From positions 1-15,206 of the forward strand of contig NZ_SNUY01000080.1 in NCBI RefSeq assembly GCF_004376175.1: a stretch of 15,206 nt of DNA, written 5' to 3'. Position 1 is the stretch's first letter. Every line of letters starts with the position of its first letter. A model generated the notes under the pieces. That model saw only the letters and a list, made by a program, of their open reading frames with translations. It was not told the DNA's origin and did no database searches. Position numbers and translations under genes: made by a program. Below are positions 1 through 9,321 of the stretch, piece after piece. Source of the DNA: Halalkalibacterium halodurans (lineage in GTDB: Bacteria; Bacillota; Bacilli; Bacillales; Bacillaceae_D).

Positions 1-68
1 TTACGTTGGATTTGGACAGGAACCACCTGTACTTCCATTGTAAAGGATTTTTTTATGGCTAAAACGAT

Positions 69-110
69 TAATAATTGAAGATTCAAAGGATTTTAAATCT
101 TCAATTATTA
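69..110. repeat. AT-rich perfect 15-bp inverted repeat (arms 69-83 and 96-110, 12-nt loop) just upstream of the ABC ATPase reading frame
   Basis: TAATAATTGAAGATT (69-83) is the exact reverse complement of AATCTTCAATTATTA (96-110). No T-run follows on either strand, so it is not a canonical terminator. It could be an operator or an RNA hairpin. Confidence 0.6.
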
Positions 111-143
111 TTAATGCAACACTAGTGTAAAAAAACCTATTTT

Positions 144-779
144 ATGGGAAAGCAACAAATTGAAGTATTAAAAGGGATCGACTTAGAGGTTAACAAAGGT
201 GAGATGATTGCGATTATGGGACGAAGTGGGTCCGGAAAATCAACTTTGCTTAATATACTTGCAGGGTTAGATAAGCCGGATCACGGGATTTATTTGTATC
301 AACAGGAGACAATTCATGAAAAGACATTAAATGATTTAGCAGAATTTCGGAGGAAAAGAATAGGATTCATCCTCCAAAACTATCCGTTGATTGATAGTAA
401 AAATGTGTTTGATAATGTAGCGTTACCGTTAAAATACAGTAACATACCCAAGAAAGAAATGACAGATAAAGTGACAACCATGCTATCAACCCTTGGGATA
501 GAATATGTACAGAGCAGATCCGTGGATATGCTTTCAGGAGGAGAGGCTCAGCGTGTCGCCATTGCTAGGGCATTAATTCAACAGCCAGAGCTTATTTTAG
601 CAGACGAACCTACAGGCTCTTTAGATGAAGAAAGTGAAACTGAGATTTTAGCCCTTTGTAAGCAACTAAACGACGAAGGGAAGACCCTGATTATCGTTAC
701 CCACAATCCTCACGTAGCTGAAATATGTCATAAAAAGTATAAAATCCATGACGGCAAGTTAATCATGATGCCACATTGA
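144..779 (+). CDS. ABC transporter ATP-binding protein, MacB/LolD/FtsE-like; the N-terminus looks compromised (see findings)
   Basis: The 211-aa ORF carries Walker A GRSGSGKST, Q-loop FILQ, signature LSGGEAQR, Walker B LILADEPT and H-loop VTHN. There is no Shine-Dalgarno before ATG 144, and the usual first beta-strand before the K-x-Y motif is missing from the ORF. Confidence 0.8.
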   Translation: MGKQQIEVLKGIDLEVNKGEMIAIMGRSGSGKSTLLNILAGLDKPDHGIYLYQQETIHEKTLNDLAEFRRKRIGFILQNYPLIDSKNVFDNVALPLKYSNIPKKEMTDKVTTMLSTLGIEYVQSRSVDMLSGGEAQRVAIARALIQQPELILADEPTGSLDEESETEILALCKQLNDEGKTLIIVTHNPHVAEICHKKYKIHDGKLIMMPH

Positions 780-893
780 TTTGATCACAAGAGGGATAGA
801 CAGTCATTTGTGGGAAACTCATGCGTCTACTTTTCCCGCACTATGATCACGAGAGGATAATCGCTTCCGCTCGTGTAAGAAAATTATGATATT

Positions 894-927
894 AAAGCAT
901 GCAAAAGAGGCAGTTGCATGCTTTTTT
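894..927 (+). terminator. Rho-independent terminator
   Basis: Stem AAAGCATGCAA (894-904) pairs with TTGCATGCTTT (914-924) around a 9-nt loop, and the 3' arm runs into a T-run at 922-927. Confidence 0.6.
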
Positions 928-1083
928 CACTTTTATAAAATGTGAAGCTTTAGTTGTTCAAAAGATAGTAATACGTATGCCTGCGTTATCACCTGATTCG
1001 TGCAATCACCGAACTTTCCTTACATGTTTCAACTTACGGTGTTTCATACTAACACTAACATGAAAAGGGAAGGACGATGAGCG

Positions 1084-2354
<1,271 letters not shown>

Positions 2355-2370
2355 AGGAATGTGACCAGTT

Positions 2371-2607
2371 ATGGAATTGGCAAAAGACTTCGTCGTGTTA
2401 CTAGCCCGCGTTCTAACGATCTTGCCGCTCATGCTACTAGTCACCATGATCATGGGGAAGCGCTCTATCGCCGAACTTCCGGTATTTGATTTTTTGATTA
2501 TTTTAACTCTCGGAGCAGTTGTTGGAGCAGATTTAGCCGACCCGAGCATTCCCCATCTGCATACAGAGGATGTTTTTACGACGCAGGTGCCACCGATGTA
2601 CCATTAA
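2371..2607 (+). pseudogene. DUF421 (YetF/YdfS/YrbG-like membrane protein), N-terminal roughly 65 codons only
   Basis: MGKRSIAELPVFDFLIILTLGAVVGADLADPSI matches the conserved N-terminal membrane module of DUF421 proteins, which are about 200-230 aa. This ORF stops at 78 aa and runs straight into a terminator. Confidence 0.55.
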
Positions 2608-2633
2608 GGACCTTATGGTAGGTCCTTTTTTTG
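2606..2633 (+). terminator. Rho-independent terminator
   Basis: AAGGACCT (2606-2613) pairs with AGGTCCTT (2620-2627) around a 6-nt loop, and the 3' arm runs into a T-run at 2626-2632. Confidence 0.6.
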
Positions 2634-2799
2634 TTAGAAAGGAGAGATTACTATAAAAGAAAGGGGTGCCTTGTTCTAGGTCTTTGTTCTTGTCTTTCGT
2701 CAGCTCTCATAAACGAAAAAAGGAGACGCTTTCTTGTTGTCGAAAAGAGTACTTAACGATTGAAGCAAAGTGTATCGCGGGCTGGGGAGGGAACGTTGG

Positions 2800-3861
2800 A
2801 TGAGTCAAGAGCTAAAAAATAAGGTGCAGTTTCTAGCCAAGGAACTAAATCAGCTTGTGAACATCTTGTATGAGGAATCCAAAAAACAGACGCCCCTTAC
2901 CCTGTGGTTACTATGTAAGAATACCTTCGTTTATGTGTACCGCACAGTGAAAACGGTAAGAGGCGTAGCCGGGGTGTTACTTGTTCTCGTACCTGGCAGT
3001 CTCATGGCATACACTACCGATGCATTTAGAGCGATAGGAGAGCTTCCATGGACGTCTATCACTGTATTATTAGGAGGTATGAGCTTCTTTCTTTTCGCTT
3101 ATTTACGTCACTTAGTCCTTGATGAAATGAGCCGTCCGGGAAGTGATCTGTTCCATATTCAAGTGTACGAAAAGCGCAAGCCGGATGAATACATGTCACT
3201 GATTGCGCTTGCAAAAGAGAGAGATTATGTTGAATCAATTGCAGCTGATATTGAACAGGTCACCTCGACTCCATCGCTTCCAAATTTGTTGGAGCTTCTA
3301 AAGGAAAAAGAGCAGGATATCGAGGAGAAAGATCGTGTCATAGAGGATTTATTGGAAATCGTAGAAGACAATGAAGAGCATACGCTCATGTTCAAAGAAA
3401 AATATGAAATTTTGCTCGACTTCGTGTTTCAGTTAAAGTCCAAGCTGAACTTACTCGTTCATGATCAATTCAGCTTAGATTCAATTGATTTCGGTTCAGA
3501 CTATTCTCTTTACAAGGTTGGAGAAGAAGGACTCGAATTTGTTGATTCCTATGGGGTCAATAAGGCGGAGATGGAGGACTTTATTCCTTTTACAGAGAAG
3601 GGGAATCCGTACATCCTTGCAATCGAACGGGACTACAAAGATCCGTTAAAAGTAGGGGATCTCATTTCGTGGAAGCGAACATTGCAAGACGGCTCCCAAT
3701 GGGTGCTTTCACTACATTTAAACGAAAACAGTCGTGAGAAATTGAATGACGCTACCGAATCTGGTAAACTGAATGTAACGATTACACAAGAGCTTTTATG
3801 GATTTGCTGTGAACTGCTCAACAAATTTTCACCGAATCCAACGAAGAAAGGGGAGGAGTAA
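2800..3861 (+). CDS. Hypothetical membrane-anchored protein: N-terminal helix, 2-3 TM segments, an acidic coiled-coil and a C-terminal alpha/beta domain that may be GAF-like
   Basis: The track ORF is 2770..3861. I prefer ATG 2800 because SD GGGGAGG sits at 2784-2790, 9 nt upstream. Hydrophobic segments are GVAGVLLVLVPGSLMAY and WTSITVLLGGMSFFLFAYL. The E/K/L-rich stretch is LLELLKEKEQDIEEKDRVIEDLLEIVEDNEE. I recognise no catalytic motif. Confidence 0.65.
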   Translation: MSQELKNKVQFLAKELNQLVNILYEESKKQTPLTLWLLCKNTFVYVYRTVKTVRGVAGVLLVLVPGSLMAYTTDAFRAIGELPWTSITVLLGGMSFFLFAYLRHLVLDEMSRPGSDLFHIQVYEKRKPDEYMSLIALAKERDYVESIAADIEQVTSTPSLPNLLELLKEKEQDIEEKDRVIEDLLEIVEDNEEHTLMFKEKYEILLDFVFQLKSKLNLLVHDQFSLDSIDFGSDYSLYKVGEEGLEFVDSYGVNKAEMEDFIPFTEKGNPYILAIERDYKDPLKVGDLISWKRTLQDGSQWVLSLHLNENSREKLNDATESGKLNVTITQELLWICCELLNKFSPNPTKKGEE

Positions 3862-3862
3862 G

Positions 3863-4006
3863 ATGGGACAAGCTGCTAAGGACAAGCCCTATTCAAAGGA
3901 ACTCTCCGATCACTACATGAATCAAATGAAAAAGAAAAACGAACGAGTTCGCCATCGTGCGTTAAAAGCGTTGAAAAAAGAACCAAAGCTAGACGTAAAA
4001 AAGTGA
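3863..4006 (+). CDS. Small basic protein, 47 aa (MGQAAKDKPYSKELSDHYMNQMKKKNERVRHRALKALKKEPKLDVKK)
   Basis: ATG 3863 lies 1 nt after the upstream stop (3859-3861) and follows SD AAAGGGGAGGAG (3847-3858). It is in frame with track ORF 3809..4006. The stop codon lies in the left arm of the 4001-4029 hairpin. Confidence 0.45.
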   Translation: MGQAAKDKPYSKELSDHYMNQMKKKNERVRHRALKALKKEPKLDVKK

Positions 4007-4038
4007 GATGTCAAATGAACATCTCACTTTTCTTTTCC
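4001..4038. terminator. Bidirectional terminator hairpin shared by two convergent mini-ORFs
   Basis: A perfect 10-bp stem, AAGTGAGATG (4001-4010) with CATCTCACTT (4020-4029), encloses a 9-nt loop. TTCTTTT follows on the + strand and TTTT follows on the - strand. Confidence 0.6.
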
Positions 4039-4134
4039 TAAGGCTTTCATCGCTTGCTCGCGAGCCTTATCGTTTTTTTTCTTCTGGTTCTCGACAATTT
4101 GATCCATAAGCTTCGATGACTCGGGCTTTCCCAT
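4024..4134 (-). CDS. Small basic protein, 36 aa (MGKPESSKLMDQIVENQKKKNDKAREQAMKALGKEK); below the ORF-track size cut-off
   Basis: I translated the reverse complement by hand from ATG (4134-4132) to TGA (4026-4024). SD AGAGGA lies about 10 nt upstream on the - strand. The sequence resembles the + strand mini-ORF (KKKN..R..A.KAL.KE). Confidence 0.4.
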   Translation of the reverse strand: MGKPESSKLMDQIVENQKKKNDKAREQAMKALGKEK

Positions 4135-4330
4135 CTGTTAATCATCCTCTTATTATTCTTATTACTCACATCCTTTCCTCGTTCCCGAATGTTTATACTT
4201 TAGGCGGAATGTTTCGATCATTCACTCAGCTTAGGGTATATAACTTTACCCTATCATAGAATCTTTTAGTAAAATATCATCTAGGGACAGTAAATGGAAG
4301 GACATAGTAACGTAAAGGAGAGTGCTAAGA

Positions 4331-5659
4331 GTGAACGAGCTTGAACAATGGAGAAAAGATCCACTTGTAATTAAACTAATGGCGATCGAGGAAGTTTTTT
4401 GGCTTAATCCTCATATAGATTCGTTTAAGTCAGCAGTTCGAATGCTTAGTCTACACGAAGACGACGTCAAGGATGCCGAGAAGCGATTAGAGCGGTTTGC
4501 GCCATATATCGCGAAAGTCTTTCCTGAAACAAACCAAGCGCACGGAATGATCGAATCTCCCTTAGTGCAAATCCCTTCGATGAAACAATCGTTAGAACAG
4601 AAGTATCTGCAACCAATTACGGGAAACTTATTGCTAAAATGCGATAGTCATTTACCTATTTCCGGATCGATCAAAGCGAGGGGCGGCATTTATGAAGTGC
4701 TGAAACATGCTGAACAACTAGCTTTGCAGCATGGGCTTTTAACAGTTCAAGATGATTATTCGATCCTTGACAGCGAAACTTGCCGGGACTTCTTCGCGAA
4801 TTATTCGATTGCCGTTGGTTCGACGGGGAATTTAGGGCTCAGCATTGGCATCATTAGCGCAAAACTTGGCTTTAACGTGTCGGTCCATATGTCGGCAGAC
4901 GCAAAGCAATGGAAAAAAGACTTGCTTCGAAGTAAAAACGTCAACGTCATTGAATATGAGGATGATTATAGTCAAGCGGTAGAGGAAGGGCGAAGAGAGG
5001 CTGAGCAGGATCCCACCTGTTATTTTGTGGACGATGAACAATCTCAAGATCTTTTTTTAGGCTATGCTGTGGCAGCCTTTCGACTGAAAAAACAATTGGC
5101 TGAACAGAAGATTACGGTCGATGAGAGTCACCCTTTGTTTGTCTATCTCCCATGCGGGGTTGGTGGCGCCCCAGGTGGGATTACCTTCGGTTTAAAGCTG
5201 TTGTTTGAAGATCATGTCCACTGCTTTTTTGCAGAGCCTACCCACTCTCCATCCATGTTGCTTGGACTTTTGACAGGCCTTCATGAGCGGATTTCGGTTC
5301 AAGAAATCGGTCTCGACAACCGAACAGAGGCAGATGGACTTGCTGTCGGCAGACCTTCGCGACTTGTGTCAAGGATGATGAAGCCTTTATTAAGTGGGAG
5401 CTTTACGATAGACGATGACAAGCTTTTTACCTTACTGAAAGAGCTAGCCGATGCAGAAGGGCTGTTCCTTGAACCTTCAGCGCTGGCAGGAATGCTTGGA
5501 CCGATAAAATTAGTTCAGGAAGGCAATCACTATTTAAAAGCAAACAACTTAGCTGAAAAAATGAACAACGCCACGCATATTATATGGGGAACAGGCGGCA
5601 GCATGGTACCTGAAGAGGAGATGATGGCTTATTACAGACGGGGAGGAACTATTAAGTGA
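4331..5659 (+). CDS. dsdA: D-serine ammonia-lyase (D-serine dehydratase), PLP-dependent
   Basis: It is collinear with E. coli DsdA as I remember it: [35 protein letters not shown] (PLP lysine motif), [74 protein letters not shown] prefer GTG 4331, 10 nt after SD AAGGAG at 4315-4320, over the track start 4322. Confidence 0.9.
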   Translation: MNELEQWRKDPLVIKLMAIEEVFWLNPHIDSFKSAVRMLSLHEDDVKDAEKRLERFAPYIAKVFPETNQAHGMIESPLVQIPSMKQSLEQKYLQPITGNLLLKCDSHLPISGSIKARGGIYEVLKHAEQLALQHGLLTVQDDYSILDSETCRDFFANYSIAVGSTGNLGLSIGIISAKLGFNVSVHMSADAKQWKKDLLRSKNVNVIEYEDDYSQAVEEGRREAEQDPTCYFVDDEQSQDLFLGYAVAAFRLKKQLAEQKITVDESHPLFVYLPCGVGGAPGGITFGLKLLFEDHVHCFFAEPTHSPSMLLGLLTGLHERISVQEIGLDNRTEADGLAVGRPSRLVSRMMKPLLSGSFTIDDDKLFTLLKELADAEGLFLEPSALAGMLGPIKLVQEGNHYLKANNLAEKMNNATHIIWGTGGSMVPEEEMMAYYRRGGTIK

Positions 5660-5697
5660 TCGACGATGATGAAAGCTCTGTAATAGGGGTTAGTAAG

Positions 5698-5719
5698 GCC
5701 TCCATAGGGGGCTTTTTTT
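5698..5719 (+). terminator. Rho-independent terminator after dsdA
   Basis: GCCTCC (5698-5703) pairs with GGGGGC (5707-5712), including one G-U pair, around a 3-nt loop. A T7 run follows at 5713-5719. Confidence 0.5.
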
Positions 5720-5905
5720 ATTCAATGTAATTAAGTGTAAGCCCAGCTCATGTCGCCTGAGGGATCGGTGATGCTGAGTTCCTTTATACTTAAAGATCGT
5801 TTAATCTTTAAATGTTTTAGAGGTACCTCTTAAAATCTTAATATTTTCATCATTCTGATCATTACGCTATACTGAAGGAAATACATAGCAAAGGGGTAAG
5901 AGCGG

Positions 5906-6820
5906 ATGAAATTTCTCATCGTTGGCGCTGGAGCCGTAGGGGGTTATTTTGGAGCAAGATTGGCAGAAAAGGGGGAAGATGTAACCTTTCTCGTTCGGGA
6001 AAAACGAAAGGAACAAATGAAAAAGCGAGGTCTTCGTATCCAAAGCATTCATGGAAATACGACGATACAAGCGAAAACTATAACGATGGAGGACACTGGG
6101 CTATTTGATGTCGTCCTTCTCGGAACAAAAGCCTACCATTTAGAGAACGTCATTGAAACCATCCGTCCGTTTATTCATGATCAAACAGTGATCATTCCGA
6201 TGTTAAATGGGATCGCTCATTTAGACAGATTGCGTAAGGCGTTTTCAACAGAACAAGTGATTGGCGGACTTTGTTTTATTGAATCGACGTTAAATGAATT
6301 TGGTGACATTGTCCAAACGAGTCAGATTCATCGATTTGTGTTCGGAGAGTTGAACGGGGAACGAAGCGAGCGGGTGAAAAAAATTGAAGCCGCCTTCGCA
6401 GGGACCAACGCCATGATTGAAGTGTCAGACTCGGTTCTTACAGAAATGTGGCACAAATATATGTTTATTACGACCATGTCCGGTGTGACTACATTGTACA
6501 ATCAACCAGTGGGCCCTATTCGTGAACTTCCCTCAGGGGAAAAGGTGATCCGCGGACTGTTTGCTGAAATTGGGGCGATCATGCGGGCGGTGGGAGCACC
6601 GATTGCCGATCAAGTAGAAGAAAAGCAATGGAAGCAAATGGGCGGTGTCGAATACGAAATGAAATCCTCGATGCAACGTGATATGGAAAAAGGCCTGCCG
6701 ATTGAACGAGAACACTTGCAAGGCTATTTATTGAAGCTAGCTGAACTACATCAAATACAAGCCCCTATCTTAGCGACAATTTATACGAACTTGCTTTTTT
6801 ATCATCCAGAGTCTTCCTAA
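5906..6820 (+). CDS. panE: 2-dehydropantoate 2-reductase family oxidoreductase (PanE/ApbA)
   Basis: It has an N-terminal Rossmann motif MKFLIVGAGAVGGYFGARL, a typical length of 304 aa and the PanE/ApbA-like layout. SD AAGGGG lies about 9 nt upstream. The physiological substrate cannot be told from sequence. Confidence 0.75.
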   Translation: MKFLIVGAGAVGGYFGARLAEKGEDVTFLVREKRKEQMKKRGLRIQSIHGNTTIQAKTITMEDTGLFDVVLLGTKAYHLENVIETIRPFIHDQTVIIPMLNGIAHLDRLRKAFSTEQVIGGLCFIESTLNEFGDIVQTSQIHRFVFGELNGERSERVKKIEAAFAGTNAMIEVSDSVLTEMWHKYMFITTMSGVTTLYNQPVGPIRELPSGEKVIRGLFAEIGAIMRAVGAPIADQVEEKQWKQMGGVEYEMKSSMQRDMEKGLPIEREHLQGYLLKLAELHQIQAPILATIYTNLLFYHPESS

Positions 6821-6842
6821 TAACCGGAAGACTCTACTTTTT
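6808..6842 (+). terminator. Rho-independent terminator overlapping the panE stop
   Basis: A perfect 10-bp stem, AGAGTCTTCC (6808-6817) with GGAAGACTCT (6826-6835), is followed by ACTTTTT. Confidence 0.65.
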
Positions 6843-7026
6843 AATTTATTGTAATCATATTATGTAAACTAATTATAGCCATTTATTAGATAATTTCACG
6901 TACCGTATTATTATCCGATCTAAAAAATTTCTATAACGAAGCAAAACTATCACTCTTCCTATACACTTGTCAATATTGCTAGAAATGCAAACAAATATTC
7001 GCTAAAATAAAAGGGAGGTGTAGCTT

Positions 7027-9321
7027 ATGTTCAAACAAACGTTTCAAGACTTAGTCCATTGGTTAAAAACCGATGATGAAATAAAGAAAAATATTGTCCA
7101 TTGGCATGAAATCGAAGCGAAACCTGCACAGACTGTGCCATTTCCAACCACATTGGACATTCGTATCCGAGAAGCGTTGGAGAAAAGGGGGATCGGCCAG
7201 TTATACACTCACCAGAATACAGCGTATGAATGTTCGGAAAAGGGAGAGCACGTCGTAGCTGTAACACCTACAGCTTCTGGAAAGACGTTGTGCTATAACC
7301 TTCCCGTCCTTCAACAAATTCGAAGAGATGAAACTAGCCGTGCGCTGTATTTGTTTCCGACAAAGGCCCTTGCCCAAGATCAGAAAAGCGAGCTAAATGA
7401 AATCATTGAGGAAATGGGTATATCGGTTAAATGTTTTACATACGACGGCGACACTGCCCCCAACATCCGCCAAGCGGTAAGAAAAGCGGGACATGTTGTT
7501 ATTACAAACCCAGATATGCTTCATTCAGCCATCTTGCCGCACCATACGAAATGGGTCGCTTTCTTTGAAAATTTAAAGTATGTTGTCATCGATGAGCTTC
7601 ATACCTATCGAGGGGTGTTCGGCAGCCATGTGGCTAATGTAATTCGCCGATTGAAGCGGATAGCTCGTTATTACGGGAGCGAGCCGACGTTTATTTGCAC
7701 ATCAGCGACGATTGCCAATCCGCAGGAGCTAGCGAGCCAATTGACAGGCCACAACGTTCGACTGATTGATAACAATGGAGCACCGTCAGGAAAAAAGCAC
7801 TTTGTGTTTTATAATCCTCCTGTTGTCAATGAACCGCTCAACATACGGAAAAGTGCGACGGTGGAAGTGAACCGCTTAGCGAAGAAGTTTCTTGAGAACA
7901 ACATTCAAACAATTGTCTTTGCCCGCAGTCGTGTGAGAGTAGAGGTCATTCTTAGCCATCTTCAAGAATTGACGAAAAAGAAGATCGGGCAACAGGCGAT
8001 ACGTGGATACCGCGGGGGCTACTTGCCAAAGCAACGCCGCGAAATTGAACGTGGTCTTCGAAATGGAGACATTATCGGCGTCGTGAGTACAAATGCCTTA
8101 GAGCTAGGGGTAGATATAGGGCAACTCCAGGTTTGCATTATGACCGGATATCCTGGGTCGATTGCGAGTGCATGGCAGCAATCGGGAAGGGCGGGACGTA
8201 GGCAACATGAATCACTTACGTTACTCGTTGCCGGTTCTTCACCGATCGATCAATATATGATCCAACATCCAGATTACTTTTTAGAAAAGTCGCCAGAATC
8301 TGTGCGCATTAACCGTGATAACTTGATCATTTTAGTGGACCATTTAAAATGTGCCGCTTATGAGCTTCCTTTTAAAGAAGGGGAGACATTAGATGGGGTT
8401 GACATTGAGGAGATACTCGAATTTTTAACAGAGGAACACGTGCTCCATCATAGAGGAAGCAAGTGGTATTGGATGAATGACGGATTTCCCGCTCATGGCA
8501 TTAGCCTACGCTCAGCCTCACAAGAAAATGTCGTCATCATTGATCAGTCCGATATAGCTAATCCTCAAGTGATTGGAGAAATGGACCGATTCAGTGCGAT
8601 GACGTTGCTTCACGATGAGGCGATTTACCTCCATCAAGGGGTTCAATATCAAGTCGAATTATTAGACTGGGAAGAGAAGAAAGCGTTCGTTCGCGAAGTT
8701 AAGGTTGAGTATTTTACCGATGCCAATCTTGCGGTTCAACTAAAAGTGTTGGAAGAGGATGAAACGAAGGAAACAAGACAAGCAACGATTGCCTTTGGCG
8801 ATGTGATGGTAAATGCCAAAGCGACTCTTTTTAAAAAAATCAAACTGTCTACATTTGAAAACATCGGTTCAGGTCCAATCCATTTGCCAGAGGAGGAGCT
8901 TCATACGAACGCCACATGGATCAGCTTTTCAGACGATCTCATTGAGCGCTTTTCAGAAAATGGGTTAGATCAAGCGCTTCTTGGACTCGCTCATGTCGTT
9001 CAACATGTGGCACCTGTTTACGTCATGTGTGACCGTTCTGACTTGCATGTCGTTCCACAAATAAAAGCGGACCATTCCGAGAGGCCGACATTGTTTATTT
9101 ACGATCGGTATCCAGGAGGGGTAGGTTTGGCGAAAAATGTATACAAGCAAGTCGACATCCTTCTAGAACAAGCATGGGGATTGCTCCGCTCCTGTCCATG
9201 TGAAAGTGGGTGTCCTGCTTGCGTAGGGGCCTCAAGTGAATTAGGAGACAATGTGAAGCAAGCGGTGCTCCGCCTTCTTTCTTTACTATTAAATGAAATG
9301 AGTGAACAATCATGGCATTAA
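7027..9321 (+). CDS. mrfA: DEAD/DEAH-box helicase with a C-terminal DUF1998 Zn-Cys domain (YprA/MrfA)
   Basis: Helicase motifs present are TPTASGKT (I), VIDELHTYRG (II), TSATIANP (III) and QQSGRAGRR (VI). The C-terminal four-Cys cluster is CPCESGCPACV. Strong SD GGGAGGTG lies 6 nt before the ATG. Synteny with yprB-cotD-ypsA-gpsB matches B. subtilis. Confidence 0.9.
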   Translation: MFKQTFQDLVHWLKTDDEIKKNIVHWHEIEAKPAQTVPFPTTLDIRIREALEKRGIGQLYTHQNTAYECSEKGEHVVAVTPTASGKTLCYNLPVLQQIRRDETSRALYLFPTKALAQDQKSELNEIIEEMGISVKCFTYDGDTAPNIRQAVRKAGHVVITNPDMLHSAILPHHTKWVAFFENLKYVVIDELHTYRGVFGSHVANVIRRLKRIARYYGSEPTFICTSATIANPQELASQLTGHNVRLIDNNGAPSGKKHFVFYNPPVVNEPLNIRKSATVEVNRLAKKFLENNIQTIVFARSRVRVEVILSHLQELTKKKIGQQAIRGYRGGYLPKQRREIERGLRNGDIIGVVSTNALELGVDIGQLQVCIMTGYPGSIASAWQQSGRAGRRQHESLTLLVAGSSPIDQYMIQHPDYFLEKSPESVRINRDNLIILVDHLKCAAYELPFKEGETLDGVDIEEILEFLTEEHVLHHRGSKWYWMNDGFPAHGISLRSASQENVVIIDQSDIANPQVIGEMDRFSAMTLLHDEAIYLHQGVQYQVELLDWEEKKAFVREVKVEYFTDANLAVQLKVLEEDETKETRQATIAFGDVMVNAKATLFKKIKLSTFENIGSGPIHLPEEELHTNATWISFSDDLIERFSENGLDQALLGLAHVVQHVAPVYVMCDRSDLHVVPQIKADHSERPTLFIYDRYPGGVGLAKNVYKQVDILLEQAWGLLRSCPCESGCPACVGASSELGDNVKQAVLRLLSLLLNEMSEQSWH

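Noticed and set aside
1-78. The C-terminal end of an upstream gene at the left window edge (frame 1 ...LRWIWTGTTCTSIVKDFFMAKTINN* or frame 2 ...YVGFGQEPPVLPL*)
   Set aside because: It is too short to identify or even to choose the frame, so no feature is called.
3809-3862. The long, 65-aa version of the small + strand ORF starting at 3809
   Set aside because: That start lies inside the upstream gene and has no SD. ATG 3863, with a strong SD 1 nt after the upstream stop, is the credible start.
6988-7001. A LexA (Cheo) box-like sequence, CAAACAAATATTCG, upstream of yprA
   Set aside because: It matches 11 of 14 positions of CGAACATATGTTCG, but both critical half-sites are degenerate (AAAC and ATTC instead of GAAC and GTTC) and not symmetric. 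It is probably chance in AT-rich DNA.
3633-9313. Track ORFs 3633..3824(-), 4832..5047(-), 5867..6070(-), 6533..6721(-), 7031..7267(-), 8965..9150(-) and 9095..9313(-)
   Set aside because: They are antisense shadows within strongly supported + strand genes (the hypothetical membrane protein, dsdA, panE, yprA). None has a convincing start context.
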